Positions 23,290-35,290 of a stretch of 37,110 nt of DNA are shown in pieces (within the stretch, counting starts at the first letter, position 1; every line of letters starts with the position of its first letter). This stretch comes from Psammoneis japonica (taxonomy: Eukaryota). The position numbers and the translations under genes were made by a program. The DNA lies in contig QPGO01000184.1 in assembly GCA_008632985.1 (NCBI GenBank), positions 124,001 to 161,110 of the forward strand, read 5' to 3'. Below the pieces are notes generated by a model, which was given only the letters and a program-made list of their open reading frames with translations, had not been told where the DNA came from and made no database searches.

Positions 23290-24715
23290 TCAATTGCGCC
23301 AACTTCGTTGGCCTTGATGGGTGCGACCGTTCTGATCGTGTCCATTTCCACCTCGCATCTCACGAGGCCCTCCTTGATCAAAATGGTGCGACTCCATTTG
23401 CCAGCCACCAGGAGGAGCTGCTCCAGCCGGATTTCCACAGCCTTGGGCATCACCGTTGGCTTGGGTGCCGTTTTGATTTTGACAATGGGATCCATTCCCT
23501 TGAGAATTCTGGGAGTCATTGCAATTGCCGTAACCTCGGCCTCCACATCCTCCTTGATTGCCACAATTGCCACATCCTCGACCTTGGAAGTCACCACAAC
23601 CACCTCGACCTTGGGGTCCTCCACCTTGGCAGTTTCCTCGGCCTCCACCATGGCCTCCGCCACGACCGCCACGGTCGGACCTCGGCCGACAGTTTTGGCT
23701 TTCTGGATTCAAAATGCAATCCTTCCACTTGTGGTCATGATTCGTGTGCACCGGGCATCTAGATTCTGGATCCGTTCCACCACTGTTGCCACGAGAGCGC
23801 CTTGAAGCTTGAGACGAAGCACCATTGCCTTTCCTCTTCTTGTCCTGCTTCTTGTTGCTGCTCTTGTCAGCAAAAGATTTCTCGTTGTTCACACAACTGA
23901 TGATCTCAGCGAGAGCATCCTTCGCTGTCGCTCATCCTGCTCGAGCACACATCTCACGCCACGGACGAGGGAAGCTGTCGAATGTCATCTTTTTCTTCTG
24001 AGCTTCGTTGACTTGAGGAGCATTTCCCGGAAGTTTGTTGGAGTGCCGAATCAAGGTTTCCATGCGATCCGCGTGCGCCTGTGCTTCAGATTTGAGTGGT
24101 TTTTTCAAAGTTGGCAAATGTTCAATCATCGCATCACGCGCTTCATTGTCACAATAAGACAAGTAAAAACGATTGATTTCCTGATCAAAACGCTCGACAG
24201 TTTTATCGGCATCGTCAATTGCATTGGTCAAATTCGCCCATTTGTCCTCTGCCGCATCCGCAAGCACTTCCTCGAAATTTTCGAACAACTCCTCGCCAGT
24301 GGCACACTCCAGTTTCACAGCAATTTTACGAAAACGATCCTCAACGAATGACAATGCTTCAATGCCATGAGTGCCATCAAAACGCGGACACTTTTTTGTA
24401 CGAGTGCTGCCGTCATCATGCGATTGGGTCAATTTCACGTCCTCCAAGTCAGAATGCTCAAATTTGGCTTCACAGCTGATGCAAGGCTCCTTCAACGATT
24501 CACTCATCATGAAAAAGGGAATGCAATTGTTCAACAGTCCTTTCCAGGGACTCTACCTTTGACTCCAAATGATGCACTCGGCTCGCCAAATTCTGCTCGT
24601 GTCGTTTGCGCTGTTGCACTTGTTTCTGGTGCTCAATGGCCCAAACTGCTGCTCTTGCGCGCAGTTCTCTTTTCTCACGTTTAGTCAATTTGTTTGTATT
24701 GTTCCTAGTCTCCAT
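23290..24715 (-). pseudogene. Gypsy gag, frameshifted
   Basis: ORFs 24500-24715, 23932-24534 and 23290-23892 with CPVHTNHDHKWKDCILNP knuckle and an RGG/Gly-rich tail. Confidence 0.8.
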
Positions 24716-24744
24716 CCAGTTCTTTGAATCGACTGTAATTACAG

Positions 24745-24906
24745 TGCAAGGTCTAACGAGATAAAGACTTTAGTGATAACAAAATTGTGAGCGTAAGACC
24801 GAGGTAACGAGGGTCGCTTTCAGCGAAGCCCGTTACAACGGCTTCCGTTATATCTAATAGATTCATTAATACTATATATCAGAAAAATAGGGTGCGAGAC
24901 ACTGCA
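24745..24906 (-). repeat. Gypsy 5' LTR (162 bp)
   Basis: Direct repeat of 19519-19682; retains TA dinucleotides lost from the other LTR. Confidence 0.95.
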
Positions 24907-25970
24907 TCTCGTCCGTTGGACTTTTCGAGGACAGTGATTCTACGCGATTTTGGAATTTCAATGCGATGTTAGAATCTGCATTAGTAGATTACGATAAGAC
25001 TGCGAGCTGCGATGAATGACAATGGTTTCGATTTCCTTTGAGTGTCATTACTTCATGATCAAAAGAAATCCTCAGAATACCATCTTACTAGTTTGGTATG
25101 TTCTCTAGCCAGAGTATCAAGTACAAAGATCAAGCCAGACATTGGCGTCACCTCGTTGGAAGAGTATTGTATCCGCTGAGATGCTGTTGGAGCAAACAAA
25201 CAATAGTATTGTGGGTGCAATTTGAATCACCGTGGCAGCTGGTGTCCATGTCCTCTGTCTTCGAAGGACGATATTTGCAACAACTCGAGTCGGTCCTTGT
25301 GTAAGGAATTGAGAACGTTTTTCATCTCAAAGAAAAAAAGAAAATCAAAAGCATGACGGTATGTCGCGGATAATGTGTTGGATCACAATGCGATAACCAT
25401 TGAGAATTGTGTGACTTCATTTCGTTCATTCTCGCATTTGCTCAACCATACGTATCACTCTTTCATTCCTTACGTTTATCGGAATACCGTCGGAAATCAT
25501 CAAACCCATTCGTGATATACACTTGTACAGTGTGGCACATGTAGTAGAGCCTTGTCCCAATCCTCGAGAGGTGGCGATAATTTGATTGGTGGAAGGGCGA
25601 AATTACAATGGTGCGCAAATATCCAAGAGAGATATTAAACAAGCGGCGGATTAGCTTCGTTGCCTCTCAAAAACGATGAATGTTCAGACAGAGCTAGAGT
25701 AAGTAGTCCCCACTGAGTTTAACTCTAAATAGATAATACCGCTTCGAAGGAATAACGTTGCTTGTTTTGTTTTGCTCGGTTGCTCGGACGTGCTCTTACA
25801 GTGATCAACCCGTGGCGTGGAACGGCGGGTGGGGCTTGAAAACGTTTCGACAAGCACACACTGTACTAGTCGAAGAAAAGAAAAATGAGATATGTTCAGC
25901 ACATGCTGGCCAAGTTCTTCCTAACCGGAAAAGACTACCCGCTGCGCAGACACATTCAATCTAGATTCCC

Positions 25971-28146
25971 CTACTTGTAATGAGGGCTCTTGGAGCATGT
26001 GTTCTTGCGGCACTTGACACCGGCTCCCACGAATTTGCCTCCGCGCGTGTAGCATTTGGACTGCTTCAACATCTTGCACTTGCCATTCTTCCAGCAACAG
26101 GCGCCGGGCTTGGAGGCGCAGGTCTTCTTCTTACACTTGGTACCGAATCCGACAAACTTTCCATGCTTCTTCCACACAAGTAGTCTTCTTCAACACTGCA
26201 CAATTTCCATTTGGCAAGCAGCAGGCACCATAAGCGGCAGGGCACGATTTCTTGCTACACTTGACACCTTCACCACCGAAATGCCCACCCTTCTTTTTGC
26301 ACTTCTTCTCAGGGAGAGTCCTGCACTGCCTTTTCTTAATCAGACAACACGCACCGGGCTTGCCGCGCGGCCCAGCGGGACAGCGGTAGTCCTTCGTGCA
26401 CTCGGTACCTACACCGATGAACTTGCCATACTTCTTTCTGCACACACCAGGCATGAGGTTGCGACAAAGACCACTCTCGAAGCAACAGGCTCCAATTGGT
26501 TTCTTGGCTGGAGTAGGGGTTGGGCTCGGAGTCTTGAGTGGGCAAACCACATTCTTACAGGAAGTACCAGGACCCAAGAAGAAATTTCCGTTGGTAGCGC
26601 ATGTCCTTTGAGACCAGAAACGGCACTCACCCGATTTGAGGCAGCAAGCTCCAGGAGACGTCCTTGTAGGACAAATGCCAGGCTTGCATTTGACACCAAG
26701 TCCAAGGAATACACCCGTGTCACAGTTTTCTTCGGTGGTTTGCTCGCATTCATCCTTCTCGACATCGCAGCACGCTCCAGTCGGAGGAGGAGTAACGGTA
26801 GGTTTCATGGTTGGCTTAGCGGTGGTTGGAGCTGGGGTTGGCGGTTTGGTCGGGCACAAGCCGGGTTCACACGGAACACCAAATCCCTTGAACTCGCCGC
26901 TTTGGTTGGTACACTTCTTCTTGAAGGTGATCTTGCATCCATTCTCCAAACAACAAGCTCCCGTTATGGGACACTCAGTGTCCTTGCATTGTTGGTTAGG
27001 TTTTGTAAATGTTCCACCGCCCAAAGCACATGTCTCCTGAGAAAGGAACTTGCATCCGTCAAACAAGGTGCAGCAAGCGCCAGGGCTCTGATTGACTTGT
27101 GTCGGTGGCGGTGTAGGAGCATTGGTAGGAGCCGGGGTCGTTGGAGCGGCGGTTGGGGGGCGGGGTAGTTGGAGACATTGTAGGGCTCTCGGTAGGAGAT
27201 ATTGTAGGAGGTAAAGTCGGGCAATTTGCACTTTCACACGTTATGCCATTGCCTTGCCAGAGCCCGAGATTCGAAAGACATTCTTCTTCGGTTCCCTTAA
27301 AGCACAACCTATCAGAGCCCGCAAGTGGGCAGCAAGCACCCTTCCGTAGTACAGTCGGTGATGGTGTAGGAGCAGGTGTAGGCGATGGCGTTGGACTAGG
27401 GGTAGGAGATGGAGTTGGCGATGGCGTCGGCGCGGGTGTTGGACTTGGAGTCGGAGACGGGGTCGGGGCGGGTGTTGGACTCGGCGTAGGAAGAGGGGTC
27501 GGAGACGGCGTCGGCGCGGGAGTTGGACTGGGGGTTGGAGATGGCGTCGGAGACGGGGTCGGTGCGGGTGTAGGACTTGGTGTGGGAGAGGGAGTCGGAG
27601 ACGGCGTCGGCGCGGGTGTTGGACTCGGGGTGGGGGAAGGAGTTGGTGAGGGCGTTGGACTGGGGGTAGGACTCGGAGTTGGTGCTGGCGTTGGTGCTGG
27701 CGTCGGTGCTGGAGTTAAGCACTGATCGGCAGAACACTGAGAACCAGTTCCTTGGTAAGCGCCTTCACAGTTAGAAGGGCGTTGAATAACGCAACTTCCA
27801 TCTATCAAACAGCAAGCACCAGTTGGGCAAATGCCAGGTAGATCAATGCCTCCAGGGATGCAATTCTCCCCGATGCCCTGAAAATCGCCCTCACACAGTT
27901 CCTCTTCATCTTCGAAGCATTCGCCCAAGCTATCACAACACGCACCCTGCCATTTTTGAAAGTGAGGAACAAAGACTGTAAGTGGAGTGTGGTGGGGAAA
28001 GGAGAATCCACATTGAAAGTGCAGTACGACTACAGTAAAGTGACTTAAACAACGATTTTGCACACGCACCGACGCAACATCACTTTGCCACCTTGCGGTG
28101 CCACAGCGGCAAGAAGCAGGAGTACGCCAGCGCTGAAGAGCTTCAT
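25971..28146 (-). CDS. Secreted Cys-rich protein with 11 GACC repeats and a TP(S/A)P stalk; probable 5' intron; two apparent frameshifts
   Basis: ATG at 28146 gives the signal-like peptide [23 protein letters not shown]-x-C-x-C-x-G-x-G-x-C-x-C units continue across ORFs 27059-28360, 26131-27237 and 25971-26177; frame changes near 27155 and 26175; exon boundaries uncertain. Confidence 0.75.
27352..27714 (-). repeat. Coding 12-bp tandem repeat, about 30 x TP(S/A)P
   Basis: Direct translation; synonymous positions vary between units. Confidence 0.92.
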
Positions 28147-29319
28147 TTTTGCGACCAATTCCTTTTCCTTCAACAACACAAAATGGCTGGAGTCTTTTGA
28201 AATGCGGATGCCTACAGATAGATGAGAGTTGCAGGGGAAAATGCAAGGAACGAGAATTTAGCACTGTGTAGAGAAAAATGTTTTTTGGCAACGTACACTG
28301 CACGACTGCATGCCGTAAACAGAAAAGAGGACATTTTAGGATATAATCAGATCTCTTCAAAAATGTCCAGATACATTTAATTAATTAAATGGGCATGTTT
28401 ACTGTTGGACATGTCTAACTTAAGTGTTATCAGCGAGCGACAATTGAAAACATAACTACTAGCTACTGTACCCTGCCGCACTTTCAAGACGAAACGAGAA
28501 CAGCGCGACAACATGGCCGCAAGCGCAATCATCTTTGAAACACACTTTCCTCTTGATGTCAACAGACAGACTGGGGCTGTGGCCACTTCCATTGGAATGA
28601 ATGGAGACCTGGACATTTAAAAAAAGGGGGGGACAGTGTGCAGGCGCACAGAAATGACAAAATTCCGATTGAAAAACAGCCGTCGCCACCACGCCACGGC
28701 CGTTGTGCCCGTCTCATCTGCGGCGGTCTGCAACGATGTTGTTGCTGCAGAACACATCAGAACCCCATTTCATCTGCTGTGGGCATGAAAGGCTGCTAAT
28801 CACTGTTGTGTCACCTTCTTGAGAAGGATGGAATGTCCGTTTGATGACTCATGTGCGCACCGTTTTGCGGCACAGAGCGACGGTGTGTGGTGGAGAGACG
28901 CAGCATTTGAGCATTGACGCCAATTGGCTCATCTCGGAAATGCAGCAATCTGATCAGTTGACCCATGCTGTTGGGAAATGGTGTGCAGTCTGTGCAGCTG
29001 GTGGATTTGTGGACAGTGCAGCACCCGAAGCTCCCGTCATTGTTCGTGTGAGTTGTGCTTCTTGTCGTCAATCAAAACAGCGCAAGTGCACATGTGAAAA
29101 ATTGTTGAAATCTTTTGTTGATGCTGTGGTGCCTCTGCCTGCACTGGCACAGAGAACAAGGACAAAAAATGGCTTGTTGACTTGAAGCTGCATGGCACCC
29201 AAGTTGCGCGTTTGATCCAGCCAAATGTGCTGACAGCGGTTGGAGCCTGTGCACTGCTGCACTGCCATCAATCAAGGCAGTTGCACCTTTTTCATCTGGC
29301 AATGAGGGTGCCCCTGTGT

Positions 29320-29760
29320 GCTGCTTTTGCTGGCAGCAGCTGGAGCTTTTTTGCTGCTGGGCCCCAGCAGTTGTGGCAGTGGGAGCATGTGTGCTGCCAG
29401 CGCTGGTGGTGGTGGGAGCCTGTGCCAGCACAGTGACACCACTGGCGCTGGAGGTGGTTGGATCCTTTTGCTGCTGGCACTGGTGGCAACAGGTGCCTGT
29501 GTGCTGCTGCTGTGGCACTTGCAGTGGTGGGAGCCTGTGCGGCTGCTGCCAGCACTGGTGGTGGTTGGAGCCCGTGTGCTGCTGGCAACAGGGGTGGTTG
29601 GATCCTTTTGTCCAGTGGCCGTGCCTGCCTCTGGTGCATGCTGCTGGCTTTGGTGGTGGTTGGAGCATTTCTGCTGCTGGCACTGGTGGCAGTGTGGGAG
29701 CCTGGTCACTGCTGGCACTGGTGGCCGTGAACCTGCATGGCTGCCAGCACTGGGCAAGTT
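29320..29760. repeat. Degenerate minisatellite-like tract (CTGCTGGCACTGGTGG / GGGAGCCTG motifs)
   Basis: Recurrent short motifs, no TA dinucleotides, ORFs in all frames. Confidence 0.6.
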
Positions 29761-31579
29761 GGTTGGAGCAATTGCTGAGCACCCACATGACTTCATTGTT
29801 TTTCATGTCTTGCATCTCATGCCCCACAAGCTGTGCACAAAGCAAAAATGTGCACCACGCAACTGCTGTGAAGCCACTGGTGTTCATGCACAATCAACCA
29901 TCTGGTCTGTGCAGAAAGGCAAGGCCACAGATGCTGCTGGTGGATGCAAAAGTTTCTCATGCAGAAAGAACACAAAAATCAGGGTTTGGAGTGATGCTTT
30001 CCTTGTGCTTCTGCTGGGCTTGTCTGCTTGGTCAAGGCCTCAAGGAATCCTTTTCCCCTGAAGCCATTTGTGCTTTGCATGATGACTTTTGCACAATCGA
30101 TGTGCTTCTGTTCACAAACACTTCAAAATTTGTTTTCGGAATTTTGACCAACACTCACCACGGGCCCACTGTTGCAAACATTTTCCAGTTGCCAGAGCTT
30201 TGCAGAACAGTGGACATTGTCGTGCTTGTCATCAAGAAGCAGGCACTCAAAATGTCAACCATTGTGACTAAAATCATTTCCTTGAGGCTGCTGTGGCCCA
30301 GTTTTTTGCAAAGCATGGGAAAAGCATGACAAGTGTGGAGTTCTGTGTGAATTTTAGAAATCAGCCCAAACCTTGTTTTTTGTTGGGACTCAGCACCACC
30401 TCTGCACATGGCTTGCTGGAAGAATGTTGAGATGAGACATGCATTTCTTCTCATGGGTGACTTTTTGACTGATGTGTCATTGATGTCTTTGTCTCAAATT
30501 CAGGCTGTTCAGTTTGACTCATCACAACACAAGTCTCTGTCTTGACTTGACACCAAAGTGCAAAGAACAAGTTGTGTCTCCTTGACTGCATGTTGGGACA
30601 GGTGCTTTGAAGTTTGATTTCATTGTCCTTGGCTTTGATGGCAAGTAATTCAAACAAATCAATTTTTGGCATGGACAACAGAATGCTCACATTTTGTTTG
30701 TGAGGGTGCAAGACAACTGAAAAGCCCGGGTGCACCAAATGAAGCAGGGGTTGCACAGTTTAAAGCCCAACAGCAGCCAACTGAGACAACATTGTGTTTT
30801 GCAGTGAGCTTGCTTCATTGCAAGGCAGATGACTCAATTGAGGGTGGAGACCAAGTCAGTCTTTTGCTGTCAGCCAATGCATCTGCTTGTGCCAAGCAAA
30901 TCACTTTATTGCCACACAGCCGTCAAAGTTAAAAGCCATCCCTGCAATGTTCAAAAGTTGATTCGCTCCAGCCATCTTCGCTGGTCAACACATTTTTTTG
31001 ATTCCTCTTGAGAGTGAGAGCAGTGTGCAAAAAAAAAGCATGACTCACAGCAATTTCCCTGATTTTTCTTGTGAAAAAGGAAGCAGACAACTCAAAGCAG
31101 CCAAGTGCAAGACCTTTGGCTTTGCAGCACAAGGAGCGTGCTGTTGGCTGAGTTTGGTTTTGCCATGGGATTTTTCAAAATTCCCCAGGATTGCCACCTT
31201 TTGCTGCCATTTCTGCGGGAAGCTTTGAGTTCCCAGGGAATTGCCATGAATGCCGCTTCATTGCATGTGTGCTTTGTGCACAAAAAAGATTTGTGCACCA
31301 ATGATCCCTGTGCTTCCCCTCTCACATGTTTCTGTGCATGGAGCCAGACAACTGGCCCGCCACAAACAATGGGCAGCACTCCATGGTGCACTCACACCCC
31401 ACCAGTGTGAAGGCTTTTGTCAATCAAATCATGATGCCATTCAATGTGTTTGACAATGTCAAACAAAATGTGAGAGATGAAATGTGATTGCTCATGTGAG
31501 CAATTGATTGTCAGTCGACAGCTGTTCTTTTGTCATGCTGCCACAAACACGTGAGCCACAAGACGTGTGGCAAAGGCCA

Positions 31580-31862
31580 AGGAAAAAGCAGAGCCATGCA
31601 TGGCCAATGACAACAATTCAGTGGATTGAACAATCACCCTCATTCTTCCCATTGTCACATCTTGTGTGCAGAATGAAGTGGATTGTGTGGATCACTCTTG
31701 CGTGGTGCAGTCACACCAGGTGCAAGCCATGGGGCATCCAGAGAGCAAAGGAAACAAAAAAGCAGAGCCGCCCATGGCTAACAACAACATTGTGGTGGAT
31801 TGAATGGCCATGCTTGTTCTTCCCTTTGACCTGTCCCATGTGCAGAATGCAATGGATCATTT
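31580..31862. repeat. Old tandem duplication (period about 173 bp)
   Basis: AAAAAGCAGAGCC...GTGGATTGAA...TTCTTCCC...TGTGCAGAATG at about 31583-31685 and 31756-31860. Confidence 0.7.
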
Positions 31863-32993
31863 TTCCTTCTTGTGTCATGTGGCCACAAATGCAACAAACC
31901 ACAAGGGCCTGGAGCAAAAGTGAAGGCAAAACAGAGCTGTGCACAAGCAACATCAATGTGGATGATTTTGCTTGCAAAGTTTGTTTTTTCCTTGCTCTGT
32001 GCCATGAGCGGGCACTTTGTGTTGATGAATCAGTCATGGTCATCACCCACAACCCACAGTGGCACATGGATGCATGGCATGCATGGTCAGTTGTGGGGAC
32101 AAAAACACACCTGCCCAACTGAAATTGTCGCACATTGCTGCACTCCACTCATTTTTGTTCCAGGCATTCCTTCCCACAAAATCACCCTCATTTCCCCAGC
32201 TTCACCCAAAAGGGTGAGGTGACTCCCCCTCACCCTGGCCACTTGGGGGGGGGGGGGTGGAGTCCCCAAATGTGGGTGAAACCAAGCCAAGACTGTTGGA
32301 ACATCCAGGCCACAGGAAACACAAGAAAGCCAGACACGTGGAAATGAGAAGACACTGTGGCTCATCAACTCTTTGTGGCTGAGATTTTGTCATCACCATC
32401 CTCTCTCATGTTTCAGCTCATCTCTCCCCCTTTCGAGTGAGTCACTTGGTTTGCACGAGTGGGCTGTTGGGCATTTTTGGCATCACCAGGCATCTGTCAT
32501 TTTGCAAGTTTGAAGTTTTTGTCAACAACTTCCAGGTGACCCACAGCCGCTGCTGTCCTTGTTTTCAGCAACCCCATTAAAAGAGTTGCCCAGTGTGCAA
32601 AGCTCAATGATGTGAGTTTTTGCTTTTGCTCATCAGCGCCGCAGGCTGTTTTCTGAGCTGAAAAATCAAAATCGGAAGTTTCAATGGGCAGTTGTGAGTG
32701 CAGCTGACGTCATTGGCTGTTGAAAGTTCTGGAGGATCCAAGACTTGCAATGAAAAAAGAATGAAAAACAAGTTGAGTCATGGTGTGGGCTCCAAATGCG
32801 CAAAGCATGCATTTGAGGTGTTTGCCAAAAACTCCAGCTTTGCTGGAGAAAGAGGGGTGAAGCCACATTGCATCAAAAGTGTTGCAGTTGTCAAGTGATG
32901 ATGCAGACAACAAAGTGAATGTGCAAAAAATAAATGCACAAAAAGCTCAGGCAGGCGCAAGCTGTGAGCTGCTCTGACCCCAACCTCCAGTGT

Positions 32994-33905
32994 GACTTGT
33001 TCCAGACTTAGGTGCCCTCACGCGCGAAAAAATGACCCTTTTCGCATGAAACGCGCGGTCCACACTTGCGGTACCATTTTCGATAGTAAAAACATAACAA
33101 TTTTCAAATGTGTTGTTATGGGTACATACAGAAAGGTCTTGTGCGTGTACCCATGTATTCGAAACTGTCGATGGACTCAGTTGTTAGTCCCTAAATTGTA
33201 CCGCAAGTTGAGAGCTCTGTTTTCCGAGGAGCGATTTATAGATGTCTAAATGTGTGTAGAAACGTATAAAATATTATTCTTATATATAAATTAACCCTCT
33301 AACATAACATAATTAATCTTTGGTTACAATGCGCGAATACAACTTTGATTCAACGGATCGAATAAAACATACGTTGATTTATAAGTTTCGGACGACGTGA
33401 GAAGAAGGGTAGCTCAGCCCACGCAATGGCGTCGACTTCGGACCATTTTTCACTGTTTAAGAGGCATAAACAATTGAGACACTTGAATCCGTCGAATATA
33501 TTGAGGAAGTATACATGGTAATGGCAAAGAAATGGTCCTTAGAGGCAAATTGTGAGTGAATTGAGGCTCAATTGTTGTTGCTGACAGATTTAGTATTATT
33601 GTGCCGCGCTGCAACCTGTAACAAGCATTTTCACTATTGTTGTTGATGCCATAGACTATATCAAATACGGAGGTCCTCGTCATGACATTAAATTTTCCAT
33701 AAGGCTGAAAAAAGTGGGCCGTCATGGTCACTGAAAGCCATGGCCGGTTTGGCTGTTTGTTTGTTCGAGTTTATTCTGTTTATTTTACTTATAAGCAATT
33801 AATATGATCAATATGATGAAATATGTACGATGTTGTATAAAGCATAAAAAATTTTTTTTTCTGCGAAAAGGGGCATGTGCGCGCCACCTAAGTCTGGAAC
33901 AAGCC
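32994..33905. mobile_element. Young non-autonomous TIR element, 912 bp
   Basis: Perfect 19-bp inverted repeat CTTGTTCCAGACTTAGGTG (32996-33014 / 33885-33903), subterminal CCCTTTTCGCA on both sides, 4-bp TSD GTGT (32990-32993, 33906-33909); TA-rich interior. Confidence 0.88.
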
Positions 33906-34599
33906 GTGTGCAGCTTGAGGCCCCAATGAGATGTGCTCTCCAGCCCCTCACAAGCAGGGTGCTGTGTGCACAGCATGCTCAGCAGCAAATCCATGCAAAA
34001 AAAATTGAGTTCCAAAATGAGGGCAGTTTTTGCTCTTGCATCTTGCTTTGCAAATTGCTCATGCCAATGATGATGGTGGCTGCCTTGCTCTGCTGTGCCA
34101 TTGGCTCACCCATTCTGTGAGGCCAGTGGCTGCCATGACAAGCTGAAAGGCAAGGGTGTTGGCAACATTGAGGCAGATCAACAAGACTGTGCTCCAAATG
34201 ATGGCATGGTCACAATGTTGATTTCTGATGTTTGTGATGTGCTCCAGCCCCAGGCCAGGCAGGCTTCATTGGGGCAGTGAACACGCAGGTGATTGCCAAC
34301 AGAAAAAGTGGCAATTCATTTTGTGAGTGTGTGGCTCCTCCACACTTGAGGCATGTCATTTCTGGCTTGCCTGTTTGCGTTTTTCAGATGCTGAAGAGTT
34401 TTGCAGAAGCTTGCACGTGGGGAAGCACACAATGTGTGCAAGTCATTTGTTGTGTCTTGTTGACAGCTTTTTGACCCATGGTGTTTTTTGTGCCTCTTTT
34501 TCTCTTCTCCTCAGACTGCAAAGTTGGGCTTTCATCAATGCTGCTCTGTCAACTTGGCGCCAGATGCAAACAACTGTGCACAACATCTTTGTGGTGCAC

Positions 34600-35290
34600 T
34601 GGTGTGGGTGATTTTTGAAAGGCATCACTTGCACTCTGAGTCATCATGGAAAACACTTTTGGGCCATGCAAAAATGCCAGGTTTTGGCACTGACACAAAA
34701 AAGTCATTCCGCACTCAGTTTTGTGGCTGCGTGAGGGCTGAGAAGCTTGTGTGCAAGTCCCAGAAACTGGAAAAGATGGACAAGAACACAGCTGAGTGTG
34801 CAAGCATGAAAGAACCAAAGGAGTGGGTGCATGACACCATTGTTGAGTTGGGGTGACAGGCAGACAGATGCGCAGAAAACACAATGGAGATCAGCACAAG
34901 CACAACACAAAAATGTTTGGGCTGCAGATGCATGCACTGGTGTCTTTGAGGCAGGAGAGCATGCCAGGAGAGCCAGACTGTCCATCGGGAGACACCATGT
35001 CTGAGAAGGACAAGGCAATCTGGGGCAAGAAATGCTGCCATTGTGTGAAGAAGAGTGCAATCTACAAGACACAGAAGGAAAAGGCACCCAGTGCAATTGT
35101 GGGGCAATGTGCAAAGGCTGTTTGCCACAAGCTTGAAAAGGAGTGGTGGAGTTTGTGGCGGTTGCAAAGGAGCTGGACATCTGGCACTGCTGAGTGCTCT
35201 CAAGTTGATCTTGTTTGGTGCAAATGAGAAGACAAACCCACATTGGACAACTGCATTGAAGAACAAGAGAAAGAAGCAATGTCTCTGTGT
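34600..35290 (+). pseudogene. Heavily decayed retrotransposon gag-like fragment
   Basis: IWGKK[C][C]H...KEKAPSAIVGQCAKAVCHKLEK then LALLSALKLILFG resembles the diatom Copia gag motif IxGQC...KLE...LLxxIK. Confidence 0.5.

Larger units (their letters stand above)
19519..24906 (-). mobile_element. Ty3/Gypsy LTR retrotransposon, full length, decayed
   Basis: TG...CA LTRs at 19519-19682 and 24745-24906; TSD TCTCG at 19514-19518 and 24907-24911; PPT GGAAGGGAAGAG (19694-19683); gag-PR-RT-RH-INT order. Confidence 0.96.

Noticed and set aside
1..24700. CpG methylation decay as the sole cause of the reciprocal TG/CA differences
   Set aside because: CpG decay also gives TG/CA pairs, but here the unmutated partner shows TA (Gypsy LTR, MITE copy 1), the affected conserved residues are Tyr rather than Arg, and CG remains common in these blocks.
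8760..24715. ADAR-like RNA editing or RT error before integration
   Set aside because: Changes occur on both strands, differ between the two LTRs of one element, and affect DNA-transposon MITEs, a TSD and a host-gene fragment.
26056..27725. Plus-strand ORFs 26056-27168 and 27141-27725 (GVG repeats)
   Set aside because: They are antisense shadows of the GACC/TPSP gene.
28361..28618. MITE bounded by AAATGTCCAG / CTGGACATTT
   Set aside because: Only a 10-bp inverted match, with no convincing TSD and no second copy in the window.
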